A stretch of 32,000 nucleotides of DNA from Candidatus Baldrarchaeum yapensis (GTDB lineage: Archaea; Asgardarchaeota; Baldrarchaeia; Baldrarchaeales; Baldrarchaeaceae): assembly GCA_016840465.1 (NCBI GenBank), contig JAEOSH010000014.1, positions 13,495 through 45,494 of the forward strand. The letters are read 5' to 3'. Under the pieces are notes generated by a model. The model had not been told where the DNA came from and did not search any database. It saw only the letters and a program-made list of their open reading frames with translations. Made by a program: the position numbers and the translations under genes. This document shows positions 7,977-17,346 of the stretch, piece by piece; position 1 is the stretch's first letter; each line of letters starts with the position of its first letter.

Positions 7977-10216
7977 TGATAGTAGAGCGGCCCGACATGC
8001 AGGTTAAGGTCAACCTCACAAGGGAGGAGCTGGAAAAGGCAAAAGAGATGCTCGGGCGGGAACCCAACATTGTCGAACTCGGAATGATAGACATCATGTG
8101 GAGCGAACACTGCTCCTACAAGTCCTCCCGGGAAGTCCTGAAAATCCTGCCTAGGGAGGGGGAACACGTAATCATAGGGCCGGGACAGGACGCCGGCGTC
8201 GTGGATATAGGAAACGGGCTCGCGGTAGTTTTCAAGATAGAATCTCACAACCACCCCTCTGCGGTGGACCCCTACAACGGAGCCGCAACCGGAGTTGGAG
8301 GAATAATAAGGGACATCCTCTGCATGGGCGCCCGCCCCATCGCCCTCGTCGACTCCCTCAGGTTCGGATTCCCCTCCAGCCCCCACGCCAGGTGGCTGTT
8401 CAGATACGTCGTTAAGGGAATCGCAGATTACGGAAACTGCACCGGGATTCCAACGGTAGCAGGTCAGGTGGAGTTTGACCCCTCCTTCGAGAGAAATTGC
8501 CTTGTCAACGTCGGCTGCGTGGGAATTGCAAGGAAAGACAGAATAATGCCAAGCGTTGCCTCAAACCCTGGGGACGTCCTCGTCCTCGTCGGGGGCTCCA
8601 CCGGAAGAGATGGAATCCACGGCGTCACCTTCGCATCCAAAACCCTCAGCGAAAAATCCGAGGAGGAGAGGTCCTCCGTACAAATAGGAGATCCCTTCAT
8701 GAAAAAACTGGTGATCGAGGCGACGCTGGAGGCCGTGGAGACGGGATATGTAAGGGGACTGAAGGATCTGGGAGGCGGAGGACTGACGTGCGCAACTTCC
8801 GAGATGGCCGCAAAGGGCGGAACCGGGGTGGAAATAGAACTTTCTAAGGTCCACCTCAGAGAGGAGGGAATGACCCCCTACGAGATAATGCTGAGCGAGT
8901 CGCAGGAGCGCATGCTCTTCGTTGTAGATCCAAAAGGTCTCGATAAAGTACTGTCGGTGTTCGAAAAGTACGAGATTCCGTACTCAATAATAGGAAGAGT
9001 CACCGACACCAGAGAGGTCGTCGTCAAACTGAACGGAAAAGTGGTGGCGCGGGTTCCGGCAAAGCTACTTGCCGAAGCCCCCCTTGCAAAGCGCACATCT
9101 AAAAAGCCAGCATACGTCGAGAAGTTGCGTGACATACCACCTCCGCCAATGCCGGAAAACCTCGAAGAAACCCTTCCTCAACTCCTCTCATCACCTAACA
9201 TTGCAAGTAAGGAGTGGGTATACCAGCAGTACGACCACGAGGTCGGAATAAGAACCGTAGTAAAGCCGGGACAGGCAGATGCAGCCGTCCTCAGAATCAT
9301 AGAGGAAGATGGAGGAAACAGGGGAATCGCAATAAAGGCTGACTGCAACTCGAGGCATATGTATCTGGATCCGTTCAACGGCGCCGCCGGTGCTCTGGCA
9401 GAATGCTGCAGGAATATAGTTGCAGTTGGAGGAAAACCACTGGCCTTTGTCGACTGCGCAAACTTTGGCAACCCCGAAAAACCCGAAATATTCTGGCAGT
9501 TCGAAATGGCAATCAAGGGTCTCGCATACATGGCCCGAGGTCTGGGAATACCATGCGTGGGCGGAAATGTCAGCTTCTACAATGAAGATGAAACCACAGG
9601 GAGGGCGGTGAAACCGAGCACCGAGGTCCTAGCAATCGGGCTGGTTGAGGACCTCAAACACGTGACAACAATGGCATTCAAATCTGCGGGAGACGTAATC
9701 GTCGTGGTGGGTAAGACCTTCAGAGAGGTGGGCGGATCGGAATACTACTACATAGTCCACGGGATAGAGGGAGGAAAAGTACCCGCTGCCGATCCGAATA
9801 GGGAGAAGTCCTCCATGAACGCCGTTTTGGAGGGAATAAGGCGCGGATACGTCACCGCTGCTCATGACATTTCGAGAGGGGGATTTGCGGTCGCGCTCGC
9901 AGAAATGGCAATCCAAGGAGGAAGAGGAGCGGAGGTCTTCTTGGACAATATGCCGCGGGAACCCATGCGCATCGACGAACTCCTCTACTCGGAGAGCAAC
10001 GCAAGATTCATCATCACGGTCGAGGAAAAAAACCTCGATAACTTCATATCACTATGCCGCAACACCGGCGCACCCTTCGGGATAATTGGAAGGGTTTCGA
10101 GAAGTAACAGGCTCATTCTCAGGTACGAGAGCCTTGTTCTCGAGTATGATGTCCACCACCTGGAGAAAGCTTGGAAGATGCCAATATGGGAGTACATGGA
10201 GGGGCTGCGCTCGTGA
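7976..10216 (+). CDS. purL: FGAM synthetase subunit PurL (small form)
   Basis: MWSEHCSYKSS, ESHNHPS, GRDGIHG, DLGGGGL, SESQERM, QYDHEV, GGNVSFYN and HDISRGG. ATG 7976 follows SD GAGGTG; GTG 7967 is an alternative. Confidence 0.97.
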   Translation: MIVERPDMQVKVNLTREELEKAKEMLGREPNIVELGMIDIMWSEHCSYKSSREVLKILPREGEHVIIGPGQDAGVVDIGNGLAVVFKIESHNHPSAVDPYNGAATGVGGIIRDILCMGARPIALVDSLRFGFPSSPHARWLFRYVVKGIADYGNCTGIPTVAGQVEFDPSFERNCLVNVGCVGIARKDRIMPSVASNPGDVLVLVGGSTGRDGIHGVTFASKTLSEKSEEERSSVQIGDPFMKKLVIEATLEAVETGYVRGLKDLGGGGLTCATSEMAAKGGTGVEIELSKVHLREEGMTPYEIMLSESQERMLFVVDPKGLDKVLSVFEKYEIPYSIIGRVTDTREVVVKLNGKVVARVPAKLLAEAPLAKRTSKKPAYVEKLRDIPPPPMPENLEETLPQLLSSPNIASKEWVYQQYDHEVGIRTVVKPGQADAAVLRIIEEDGGNRGIAIKADCNSRHMYLDPFNGAAGALAECCRNIVAVGGKPLAFVDCANFGNPEKPEIFWQFEMAIKGLAYMARGLGIPCVGGNVSFYNEDETTGRAVKPSTEVLAIGLVEDLKHVTTMAFKSAGDVIVVVGKTFREVGGSEYYYIVHGIEGGKVPAADPNREKSSMNAVLEGIRRGYVTAAHDISRGGFAVALAEMAIQGGRGAEVFLDNMPREPMRIDELLYSESNARFIITVEEKNLDNFISLCRNTGAPFGIIGRVSRSNRLILRYESLVLEYDVHHLEKAWKMPIWEYMEGLRS

Positions 10217-11646
10217 TTTCTAAATGCATGGAGAAATGCGGCGTCATAGGAGTATATTCTAGGAACGCCGGAGACTCTCAGTGTGCCAGGAGAATATATG
10301 AGGGGCTCGTCGCACTGCAACATAGGGGGCAGGAGAGCGCGGGAATCTACATGTTTAGCGGAGATGGGAGGATAGCGGGGATCAAGGGATCGGGGCTCGT
10401 CACGGAGGTATTCAGCGCCAAGAGCCTAGAGTTGCTAAAGGGATCAGTGGGAATAGGACACGTCAGATATAGCACAACGGGTACCGGAACCACCGATGAA
10501 ATCCAACCGTTCTTCGTGAGAGAGGGAAGGTTCTCATTCGCCCTCGCGTTCAACGGGACGATTACGAACTTTGCAGAAGTGCGGAAGTGGCTCAGAAATC
10601 AAGGATTTTACTTCAAAACCAACACGGACACCGAGGTGCTTGCAAAAACAATAGCGTTCTATCTCTCCGAAGAGGGCTATGACTACTTCGCGGCACTCGA
10701 AAGAACCATGGAGGCGCTGGACGGGGCTTTCTCGGTAGTGCTTATCAACGAGAAGGGAGAGATGCTGGGGATGAGAGATCCCAGGGGATTCAAACCTCTG
10801 TGCCTCGGAGCAACATCGGATCCAGAAATGTACATCTTAGCTTCCGAGAGCGTCGCAATAGACGCCCTGCATGGTTTCCTCCTCGGCGACGTCTACCCAG
10901 GTGAGATTATCAGAATATCGGACGGCGTTGTCGAACGAAAAGTTGCGTGCAAGTCAGAAAAACACTCCCACTGCATGTTCGAGTACGTCTACTTTGCAAG
11001 GGAAGACTCCATAATCGAGGGGATCCATGTATACAATGTCAGGTGGAGACTAGGAGCTATACTCTCAGAACTGTATCCCACCGACGCAGACTACGTAATA
11101 CCCGTTCCGGACACGGGAATAGTCCCCGCCATAGGATTCTCCCAAGCCTCAGGAATTCCGCTGGCTTACGGCCTCGTGAGGAACAAGTACGTTGGGCGCA
11201 CGTTCATAATGCCACAGCAACAGATGAGGGAGGGAGCGGTCCGGGTAAAACTCGGGGTCATAAGATCAGTGGTTTCGGGGAAAAGGATGGTGGTCGTCGA
11301 TGACAGCATCGTCAGGGGAACCACCTCCAAGTTCATCGTAGAACTCCTGAAAAGCTTCAACGCGGCAAAGGTGCACCTCAGAATCTGCTGCCCGCCCATA
11401 GTCTCCCCGTGCTACATGGGAATAGACTTCCCATCCCATAAGGAACTCATAGCATCCAAGATGGACGTGGAAGGTGTCAGGAGGTTCATAGGAGCCGATT
11501 CCCTTGGCTACATGACAATAGACGGGCTTGTCCGCGGAATCGGACTTCCAAAGGGAGAGTTGTGTTTGGCGTGCCTCACCGGGGAATACCCGCTAAAGCG
11601 CCCGGAGGATGTCGACAAGCTGGAGGAGATATTCAAGAGGGGGTGA
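10213..11646 (+). CDS. purF: Amidophosphoribosyltransferase (canonical)
   Basis: Propeptide then CGVIG (Ntn Cys1), LQHRGQE, GHVRYST, FNG, DPRGFKPL, CMFEYVYF, VDDSIVRGTT, PCYMGID and CLAC. Start is GTG 10213 (4-bp overlap with purL) or ATG 10228. Confidence 0.96.
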   Translation: MISKCMEKCGVIGVYSRNAGDSQCARRIYEGLVALQHRGQESAGIYMFSGDGRIAGIKGSGLVTEVFSAKSLELLKGSVGIGHVRYSTTGTGTTDEIQPFFVREGRFSFALAFNGTITNFAEVRKWLRNQGFYFKTNTDTEVLAKTIAFYLSEEGYDYFAALERTMEALDGAFSVVLINEKGEMLGMRDPRGFKPLCLGATSDPEMYILASESVAIDALHGFLLGDVYPGEIIRISDGVVERKVACKSEKHSHCMFEYVYFAREDSIIEGIHVYNVRWRLGAILSELYPTDADYVIPVPDTGIVPAIGFSQASGIPLAYGLVRNKYVGRTFIMPQQQMREGAVRVKLGVIRSVVSGKRMVVVDDSIVRGTTSKFIVELLKSFNAAKVHLRICCPPIVSPCYMGIDFPSHKELIASKMDVEGVRRFIGADSLGYMTIDGLVRGIGLPKGELCLACLTGEYPLKRPEDVDKLEEIFKRG

Positions 11647-11650
11647 TGTT

Positions 11651-12985
11651 TTGAGCGGGATTTTCGGAATTTTCGCGTTTGATGAGATATGGCGCGTTTC
11701 CAAATTCGTATATTACGGACTCCTGGCCCTCCAAACAAGAGGCCAGGAGGTTTGTGGAATAGCGTGTGGAGGATCGGACGGAATAGTAACATGTGCAAAG
11801 AGGGGCTACGTCGATCAATCCTTCAAGGAGAATGAGTTAGAAGGAATAGGCGGATGGTACGGCATCGGCTACGTGGGCGCGGACCCCCAAAATGTACAAC
11901 CCGTGACGGTCCGCCATAACGGCATCACCGTTTCCGTCTGCTATTCCGGGAGAATATTTAACCTGCGGGAGCTCACGAAAAGGTACAATCTCCCGGAAAA
12001 GGAAAACGAAAGCATACTGTTTGCGAAGATTCTGGCATCGGAAGTTAGAAAGAGTGGTCCCATGAACGCCGCCGCGCTTCTGATGGAAGAACTTGAGGGT
12101 GTGTACACGGTGCTGGCAATAACAGACCAAAAGGAGATGGTTGCCTTCAGAGATTCACATGGCGTGAAGCCGCTGACAATCGGGAGTTATGGATTCGATT
12201 ATGGAGCAATAGCATCCGAAAGCGCAGGACTAGAAGTCATAGGCGCCGACTACAAGTCCGACATCATGCCAGGCGAGATATACCTCTTTACAAGCTACAG
12301 CATAGAAAGAGAGCAGGTGAGAGCTCCACAACCGAAATACTGCGCATTCGAGTACGTGTACTACGCCCGCCCCGACTCCATAATAAACGAGAAGTCGGTG
12401 TACGATGTAAGGGTGAAAATAGGCGAGTACCTCGCAAAGGAGAGCCCCGTTGACGTGGATGTTGTCGTAGGTGTGCCTGAAACGGCAATACCCTTCGCAA
12501 TGGCGTATTCAAATGCCACCGGAACACCCATAGCCATGGGATTCATGAGAACGGGGCGCCACACAAGAACCGCAATAAAGCCCACGTACTTCGAGAGACT
12601 CGTGGGGGTGCAGCTGAAGCTTAACCCCATAAAGAGCGTGTTCTCCGGCAAAAGGGTCCTGATAATCGACGACAGCGTCGTGAGGGGAACCACAATGAAG
12701 AACGTAATACACCTTCTCAGAAACAAGATGGGGGCCAAGGAGGTGCATGTGAGGATCGGTAGCCCCCGACTCGTGAACCCCTGCCCCTACGGAACCGAGG
12801 TCCCCACCCGCGACGAACTGATAGCCGCAAACCTGAGCGAGGAGGAGGTCGCAATAGTCACCGGCGCGGACTCCTTCAAGTGGCTCTCGATAGACTCCCT
12901 CATCAAAGCGATCGGATTTCCACGCGAGTACCTCTGCCTTAGGTGTTTTGGAGGTGATGGGGATGAAGGTCCTACTCATAGGTAG
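11651..12985 (+). CDS. purF: PurF paralog lacking the glutaminase nucleophile
   Basis: TTG start after SD GGGGTGA gives MSGIFG instead of CGxxG. LQTRGQE; the GHVRYST equivalent is degenerate. PRTase motif IDDSVVRGTT and Fe-S cysteines (CAFEYVY, PCPYG, CLRC) are retained. Confidence 0.9.
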   Translation: MSGIFGIFAFDEIWRVSKFVYYGLLALQTRGQEVCGIACGGSDGIVTCAKRGYVDQSFKENELEGIGGWYGIGYVGADPQNVQPVTVRHNGITVSVCYSGRIFNLRELTKRYNLPEKENESILFAKILASEVRKSGPMNAAALLMEELEGVYTVLAITDQKEMVAFRDSHGVKPLTIGSYGFDYGAIASESAGLEVIGADYKSDIMPGEIYLFTSYSIEREQVRAPQPKYCAFEYVYYARPDSIINEKSVYDVRVKIGEYLAKESPVDVDVVVGVPETAIPFAMAYSNATGTPIAMGFMRTGRHTRTAIKPTYFERLVGVQLKLNPIKSVFSGKRVLIIDDSVVRGTTMKNVIHLLRNKMGAKEVHVRIGSPRLVNPCPYGTEVPTRDELIAANLSEEEVAIVTGADSFKWLSIDSLIKAIGFPREYLCLRCFGGDGDEGPTHR

Positions 12986-14438
12986 TGGATCACGTGAGCA
13001 CGCAATTGCGGACGCCCTTGCCAGAAGCGTGCATGAGCCGAAGATTTTCGCAGTAATGTCAAATAGAAATCCCGGCATTATCAGGATCTGTGAGAGCACG
13101 GGAGGAGAGTACTTCATCGGAAAGATCACAGACCCCCAATTTGTCAGAGAAATAGGAGAAAGAGTATCCCCCGACTTCGCGTTCATCGGACCGGAAGAAC
13201 CCCAGTTCCATGGAGTATCCGATGCACTTGAGGAGGCGGGCATTCCGTGTGTCGGCGCAAGGGAGAAACTTAGTGAGATAGAGAGGTCGAAGGCATTCAT
13301 GAGGAGGCTCATGTGGAAGTACAGGATACCCGGAAGGCTAAGGTTCAAAGCATTCAAGAACGTGGAGGAGGCGATCGCCTACATCAAGGAGTACGCCGAA
13401 AGCATCGCACTAAAGCCGGCAAGGCAGGCGGGAGGCAAGGGAGTCAAGGTGATCGCGGACATACAGGCGTACCTCAGGAGGGAGAGGACCGAGGTCAAGG
13501 AGAAGCATGCAAAGAAGATCTACGAGGAGCACATGAAACCGTACGACGACATAGAGGACAAAATACTGATAGAGGAGAAGGTCGACGGGCCGGAGTACAC
13601 CCTCCAGTGCTTCACCGATGGAAGGACGGTGCTCCCCCTGCCCCTGGTCCAAGACAATAAGAACGCCTTCGAGATGGACATAGGGCCGGAAACCGGCGGG
13701 ATGGGGTCGATATCGGGGAAGGGCTTTCTACTACCATTCATTGAGGAGGATGAGTTCCGAGAGTCAGTGAAAATAGTGGAATCCGTGGTGAGGGCCCTAG
13801 AGAAGGAGTTCGGCATGAGATATCACGGCGTGATCTCCGGTCAGATGATGCTCACCGCCCTCTGGGGACCCACGATCATAGAATTCTATTCCCGGTTCGG
13901 AGACCCCGAGGGCGTGAACGTCCTCCCGATACTCAAAACCGACCTCGTCGAAATATCCGAGGCAGTAATCTCGGAGAAACTCCACAAGATGAAGATAGAG
14001 GTGGAGGAGAAGGCAACCGTCGTCAAGGCAATAGCCCCTCAGGGATACCCCAACAGGAGAGATCTCGCAAAGGGGCACCCGATAGCCGTGGACGAAAGGG
14101 CAATAGAGGAGCAGGGAGCAAGGGTCTTCTACGGCTCCGTGAACGTCGATAACGGAAGGTTGATAACTGGTGGCTCACGCGCCGTGGAGATATTCGCATG
14201 CGCCGAAACAATAGAGGAGGCGAGCAAGATCGTGGATAAATGCGTTAAGTACGTTAGATGCCTGGACGGATGGGGGCTCTTCTACAGAAGTGACATAGGC
14301 TCGAGCACCCTCCTGCACAGGAGAATGGAACTCGCAGAGCTGGTGAGGAACGTCTACCGCTACAGGAGGTCCAAGGGCATCATCGGGATCAAGATAGACT
14401 GGATTCCCGGAGTTGGAAAAATAGTGTACGAGAGCTGA
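12963..14438 (+). CDS. purD: Phosphoribosylamine--glycine ligase (GAR synthetase), long archaeal form
   Basis: KVLLIGSGSREHAI, GPEEP, SKAFMR, GGKGVKV, IEEKVDGPE, GPETGGMG, RFGDPE and GGSRA. ATG 12963 follows SD GGAGGTGA. Confidence 0.96.
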   Translation: MKVLLIGSGSREHAIADALARSVHEPKIFAVMSNRNPGIIRICESTGGEYFIGKITDPQFVREIGERVSPDFAFIGPEEPQFHGVSDALEEAGIPCVGAREKLSEIERSKAFMRRLMWKYRIPGRLRFKAFKNVEEAIAYIKEYAESIALKPARQAGGKGVKVIADIQAYLRRERTEVKEKHAKKIYEEHMKPYDDIEDKILIEEKVDGPEYTLQCFTDGRTVLPLPLVQDNKNAFEMDIGPETGGMGSISGKGFLLPFIEEDEFRESVKIVESVVRALEKEFGMRYHGVISGQMMLTALWGPTIIEFYSRFGDPEGVNVLPILKTDLVEISEAVISEKLHKMKIEVEEKATVVKAIAPQGYPNRRDLAKGHPIAVDERAIEEQGARVFYGSVNVDNGRLITGGSRAVEIFACAETIEEASKIVDKCVKYVRCLDGWGLFYRSDIGSSTLLHRRMELAELVRNVYRYRRSKGIIGIKIDWIPGVGKIVYES

Positions 14439-14449
14439 GGTGCGTGGCA

Positions 14450-15532
14450 ATGGCTAAGGATAGGGTTAGGGTTGCAGCGATCCAGATATACATGCACGGG
14501 GTCCCGAGCGAGGAGAGGTGGAGAAAGCACATCCACTGGATGAATGAGGCGGTGAGGCTCGGTGCGGACCTCATATGCACGACGGAGTTTTTCCTGGGAG
14601 GCGAAACTTACTGGAGAAAGGAGAGAATAGAGTTCTTCAGGAACTTCTGCAAAGAGAATGGGGTGTACGTCGCGGCGCACTCCTACCAGAGGGTCAAGTT
14701 GGATGGAGACAAGCGGGTGACCAAGAGCAGAATAATATTCTTCGCCCCCGGTGGCGAAATCATCGGAACCTTCGACAAAGTGCATCTCTACCCCACCGAT
14801 GTCCACTTGGCACGCGCGACGCAGGGTACCGACTTCCCGGTGTTCGACACCAAAATTGGAAAAATAGGGTTTGGGGTCTGCGAAGACCTCATGATCCCGG
14901 AACACATACGATGCCTCAGGTCAAGAGGCGCCGAAATAGTGATAATCCCGAGCAGAATGCCGGGGAACTATCTCGTCTGCTGGAAGGATGTCGCAGTTGT
15001 GAGGGCAATAGAGAGCTGCGTCTACATAGTGACAATAGGGGAGGCGGGAATGCACGCGGTGGGGACCCTCGCGGTGAGCCCGCGCCTCGATAATCCAATA
15101 GTTGCCGAAATGGGTCCCCACGAGGGCGTGATGATCGCAGACCTGGATCTCGCATGGCTCAGGTCCGAGCGCAATCGGAAACCAGTACTCGATCAACTCA
15201 GGAAAAAGGAGGATGTCGAGGAACTTTCCGTGAAGACGAAGGTCCACGACTTCGTTTTTAGGCTTGAGGACTGGCAACCTGAGCTGTACATTCCGGTGTA
15301 CGCGGCGGCAAGCATCGACAAGAGGGTCAGGATGTTTTCGGAGAAGGGGATATGGGTCGAAAGGGAGGTTGTGGAGAGGTTGCTGGACACCTACAGCCGA
15401 CTGATGACTGTGGTAGCCCAAATAGAGGAGATCGCTGACGAGAACCTCAAGGTGCGGCTGCCATCGATCGCGGTAATAAAAAGCGATTTTGAATTCTTAA
15501 AACGCCTCTTAGAGGTGCTGAAGGGTGAGTGA
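14450..15532 (+). CDS. Carbon-nitrogen hydrolase (nitrilase superfamily) with C-terminal extension
   Basis: [17 protein letters not shown] (Glu), FDKVHLY (Lys), [11 protein letters not shown] (Cys), VRAIE and [18 protein letters not shown] overlaps the purD stop, and the stop codon overlaps the purE start by 8 bp. Confidence 0.9.
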   Translation: MAKDRVRVAAIQIYMHGVPSEERWRKHIHWMNEAVRLGADLICTTEFFLGGETYWRKERIEFFRNFCKENGVYVAAHSYQRVKLDGDKRVTKSRIIFFAPGGEIIGTFDKVHLYPTDVHLARATQGTDFPVFDTKIGKIGFGVCEDLMIPEHIRCLRSRGAEIVIIPSRMPGNYLVCWKDVAVVRAIESCVYIVTIGEAGMHAVGTLAVSPRLDNPIVAEMGPHEGVMIADLDLAWLRSERNRKPVLDQLRKKEDVEELSVKTKVHDFVFRLEDWQPELYIPVYAAASIDKRVRMFSEKGIWVEREVVERLLDTYSRLMTVVAQIEEIADENLKVRLPSIAVIKSDFEFLKRLLEVLKGE

Positions 15533-15971
15533 GGAGATAGAAGTCGCAATAGTAATGGGAAGTAAAAGTGATGAGCACGTTGCCAAAAAGGCGGCTGACG
15601 CCCTTTCTGAGTTGGGGATAAAGTACGAAGTTAAGATCCTTTCCGCCCACAGAAACCCCGATGAACTGCGTGAATACATCAGAAAATGCAAAGCTAAGGT
15701 TTTCATCGCAATAGCCGGGCTTTCGGCACACCTTCCCGGATTCATAGCATCACACACCGATAAACCGGTGATAGGAGTCCCCGTTAACGTACAACTCGGC
15801 GGACTCGATGCCCTTCTTTCCATGGTCCAGATGCCCCCGGGTGTGCCAGTAGCGACCGTGGGAATAGACAATGGCAGAAACGCCGCACTTCTCGCCGCAA
15901 GAATACTCGCATTGTTCGATGAAAGGATAAAGAGAAAGTTGGAGGAGGCGAAAAGTGAGAGGAGAGGGTAG
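15525..15971 (+). CDS. purE: AIR carboxylase / N5-CAIR mutase
   Basis: [59 protein letters not shown]. Confidence 0.97.
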   Translation: MSEEIEVAIVMGSKSDEHVAKKAADALSELGIKYEVKILSAHRNPDELREYIRKCKAKVFIAIAGLSAHLPGFIASHTDKPVIGVPVNVQLGGLDALLSMVQMPPGVPVATVGIDNGRNAALLAARILALFDERIKRKLEEAKSERRG

Positions 15972-17037
15972 CGGGTGGACGTACGCAAAAGCGGGTGTCG
16001 ATGAAGGGAAGGTTTCCAAAGCCTTATCCGGAGTTTGGAAGATGCTCATAGAGACCTTTGATTTTAGAAAGGGAAGAAAAGCTCACCCCTTGAACGTGAT
16101 AGGGCACTACGCTGGACTATTAGATGTGGGAACGGACGTCCTGCTGGCATTGCACGTAGACGGAGTGGGCTCAAAGGTTCTAGTGGCGCAAATGCTGAAC
16201 AAATACGACACGGTGGGTATAGACCTCGTGGCGATGCACGCAAACGACCTCATATCGATAGGGGCCGAGCCGGTGGCACTCGTAGATTACCTAGCTGTTA
16301 AGGAACCCGACGAGCAACTCATCCAAGAAGTCATGAAGGGAGTCGTGGAAGGGGCAAAGATCGCGAGAATGTGCGTGATAGGAGGAGAAACGGCGGTATT
16401 GCCAGACGTAATCACCGGATACGAGAGCGGCAAGCCATTTGACCTTTCGGGGATGAGCCTGGGCGTCGTTGAGAGGGATAAGGTCATACTGGGAGATAAG
16501 GTCGAGGTGGGAGACGCCGTGATAGGGCTCGCGAGCAGTGGGATCCACTCCAACGGTCTCACACTTGCAAGGAGGGTTCTCTTCGAGGAGGCGAAAATAC
16601 CACCCTCCGCGTACATTGAGGAGTTGAGGAAAACACTAGGGGAGGAGTTACTCACTCCCACGAGGATATACGTTGACGAGGTGCTGAGCATTTTAGAAAG
16701 CGGAATAGAAGTTCACGGGCTGGCGCACATAACGGGTGGCGCGTTCACAAAGCTGAAGAGGATCTCGAGAGGAAGGGTCAGGATAAGGCTGGATAAGATG
16801 CCGGAGCCTCAGCCGATATTTAAGATGATACAGCGCCTGGGAAATGTCGAAACGGAGGAAATGTACAGGACGTTCAATATGGGAATCGGATTCGTAATAG
16901 TGGCGCCGCGGCGGGAGATTGAGAACATATCATCGGTACTGGAGGAAAAGAGAACTACATACTACGTCCTTGGCCGAGTTGAAAGCGGATCCGACATCGT
17001 CATAAGAGCGTATGATGGAACCCTCATTGTTTTCTGA
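15955..17037 (+). CDS. purM: AIR synthetase (FGAM cyclo-ligase)
   Basis: [42 protein letters not shown] and [10 protein letters not shown]. Confidence 0.97.
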   Translation: MRGEGSGWTYAKAGVDEGKVSKALSGVWKMLIETFDFRKGRKAHPLNVIGHYAGLLDVGTDVLLALHVDGVGSKVLVAQMLNKYDTVGIDLVAMHANDLISIGAEPVALVDYLAVKEPDEQLIQEVMKGVVEGAKIARMCVIGGETAVLPDVITGYESGKPFDLSGMSLGVVERDKVILGDKVEVGDAVIGLASSGIHSNGLTLARRVLFEEAKIPPSAYIEELRKTLGEELLTPTRIYVDEVLSILESGIEVHGLAHITGGAFTKLKRISRGRVRIRLDKMPEPQPIFKMIQRLGNVETEEMYRTFNMGIGFVIVAPRREIENISSVLEEKRTTYYVLGRVESGSDIVIRAYDGTLIVF

Positions 17038-17052
17038 CAATCCTCCAATATC

Positions 17053-17093
17053 CTCTTTATTTGCTTTTTACAAATAATTCGCCTTTTTGTAAA
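17053..17093. terminator. T-rich inverted repeat between convergent genes
   Basis: TTTACAAA (17067-17074) pairs with TTTGTAAA (17086-17093) amid T-tracts, just after the purM stop and opposite the 62-aa gene. Confidence 0.45.
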
Positions 17094-17142
17094 TGAGAAA
17101 AGAAATGAATGGAAGTTTTGCTAAGCAGCTCCCAATCTGTTT

Positions 17143-17331
17143 TTACCAGAATAATGGGTACACCGCTATTCCCGCTAGGATTATGAACACCACTATGACC
17201 GTTGCCGCCGCAAGTATTCTCTTCCTTCCCTTAAACGCGCTCAGGAAGCCCTGCATCCAATAAAGCAGTATGAGGAGGATGCCGCTGCACACCATCAAGA
17301 TCCATAGAGCGATGCACAGCACCAGATGCAT
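17143..17331 (-). CDS. Small two-helix membrane protein (62 aa)
   Basis: Two hydrophobic segments separated by KGRKR. ATG lies 15 bp after the stop of the upstream membrane protein, with a purine-rich leader. Confidence 0.65.
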   Translation of the reverse strand: MHLVLCIALWILMVCSGILLILLYWMQGFLSAFKGRKRILAAATVIVVFIILAGIAVYPLFW

Positions 17332-17346
17332 CCTACCACGCCTCTA

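Noticed and set aside
10171-10212. N-terminal extensions from the ORF track for purF (10171), purF2 (11609), purD (12948) and the membrane protein (19482)
   Set aside because: They lie inside upstream genes; downstream starts have proper SD motifs and match family N-termini.
13313-15093. Same-strand alternative-frame ORFs 13313-13660 and 14575-15093
   Set aside because: Out-of-frame by-products of biased codon usage inside purD and the nitrilase; no frameshift signal or motif.
15525-16300. purE and the 5' part of purM look AT-richer than purL/purD (possible separate origin)
   Set aside because: Visual impression only; codon statistics could not be computed and the genes overlap their neighbours normally.
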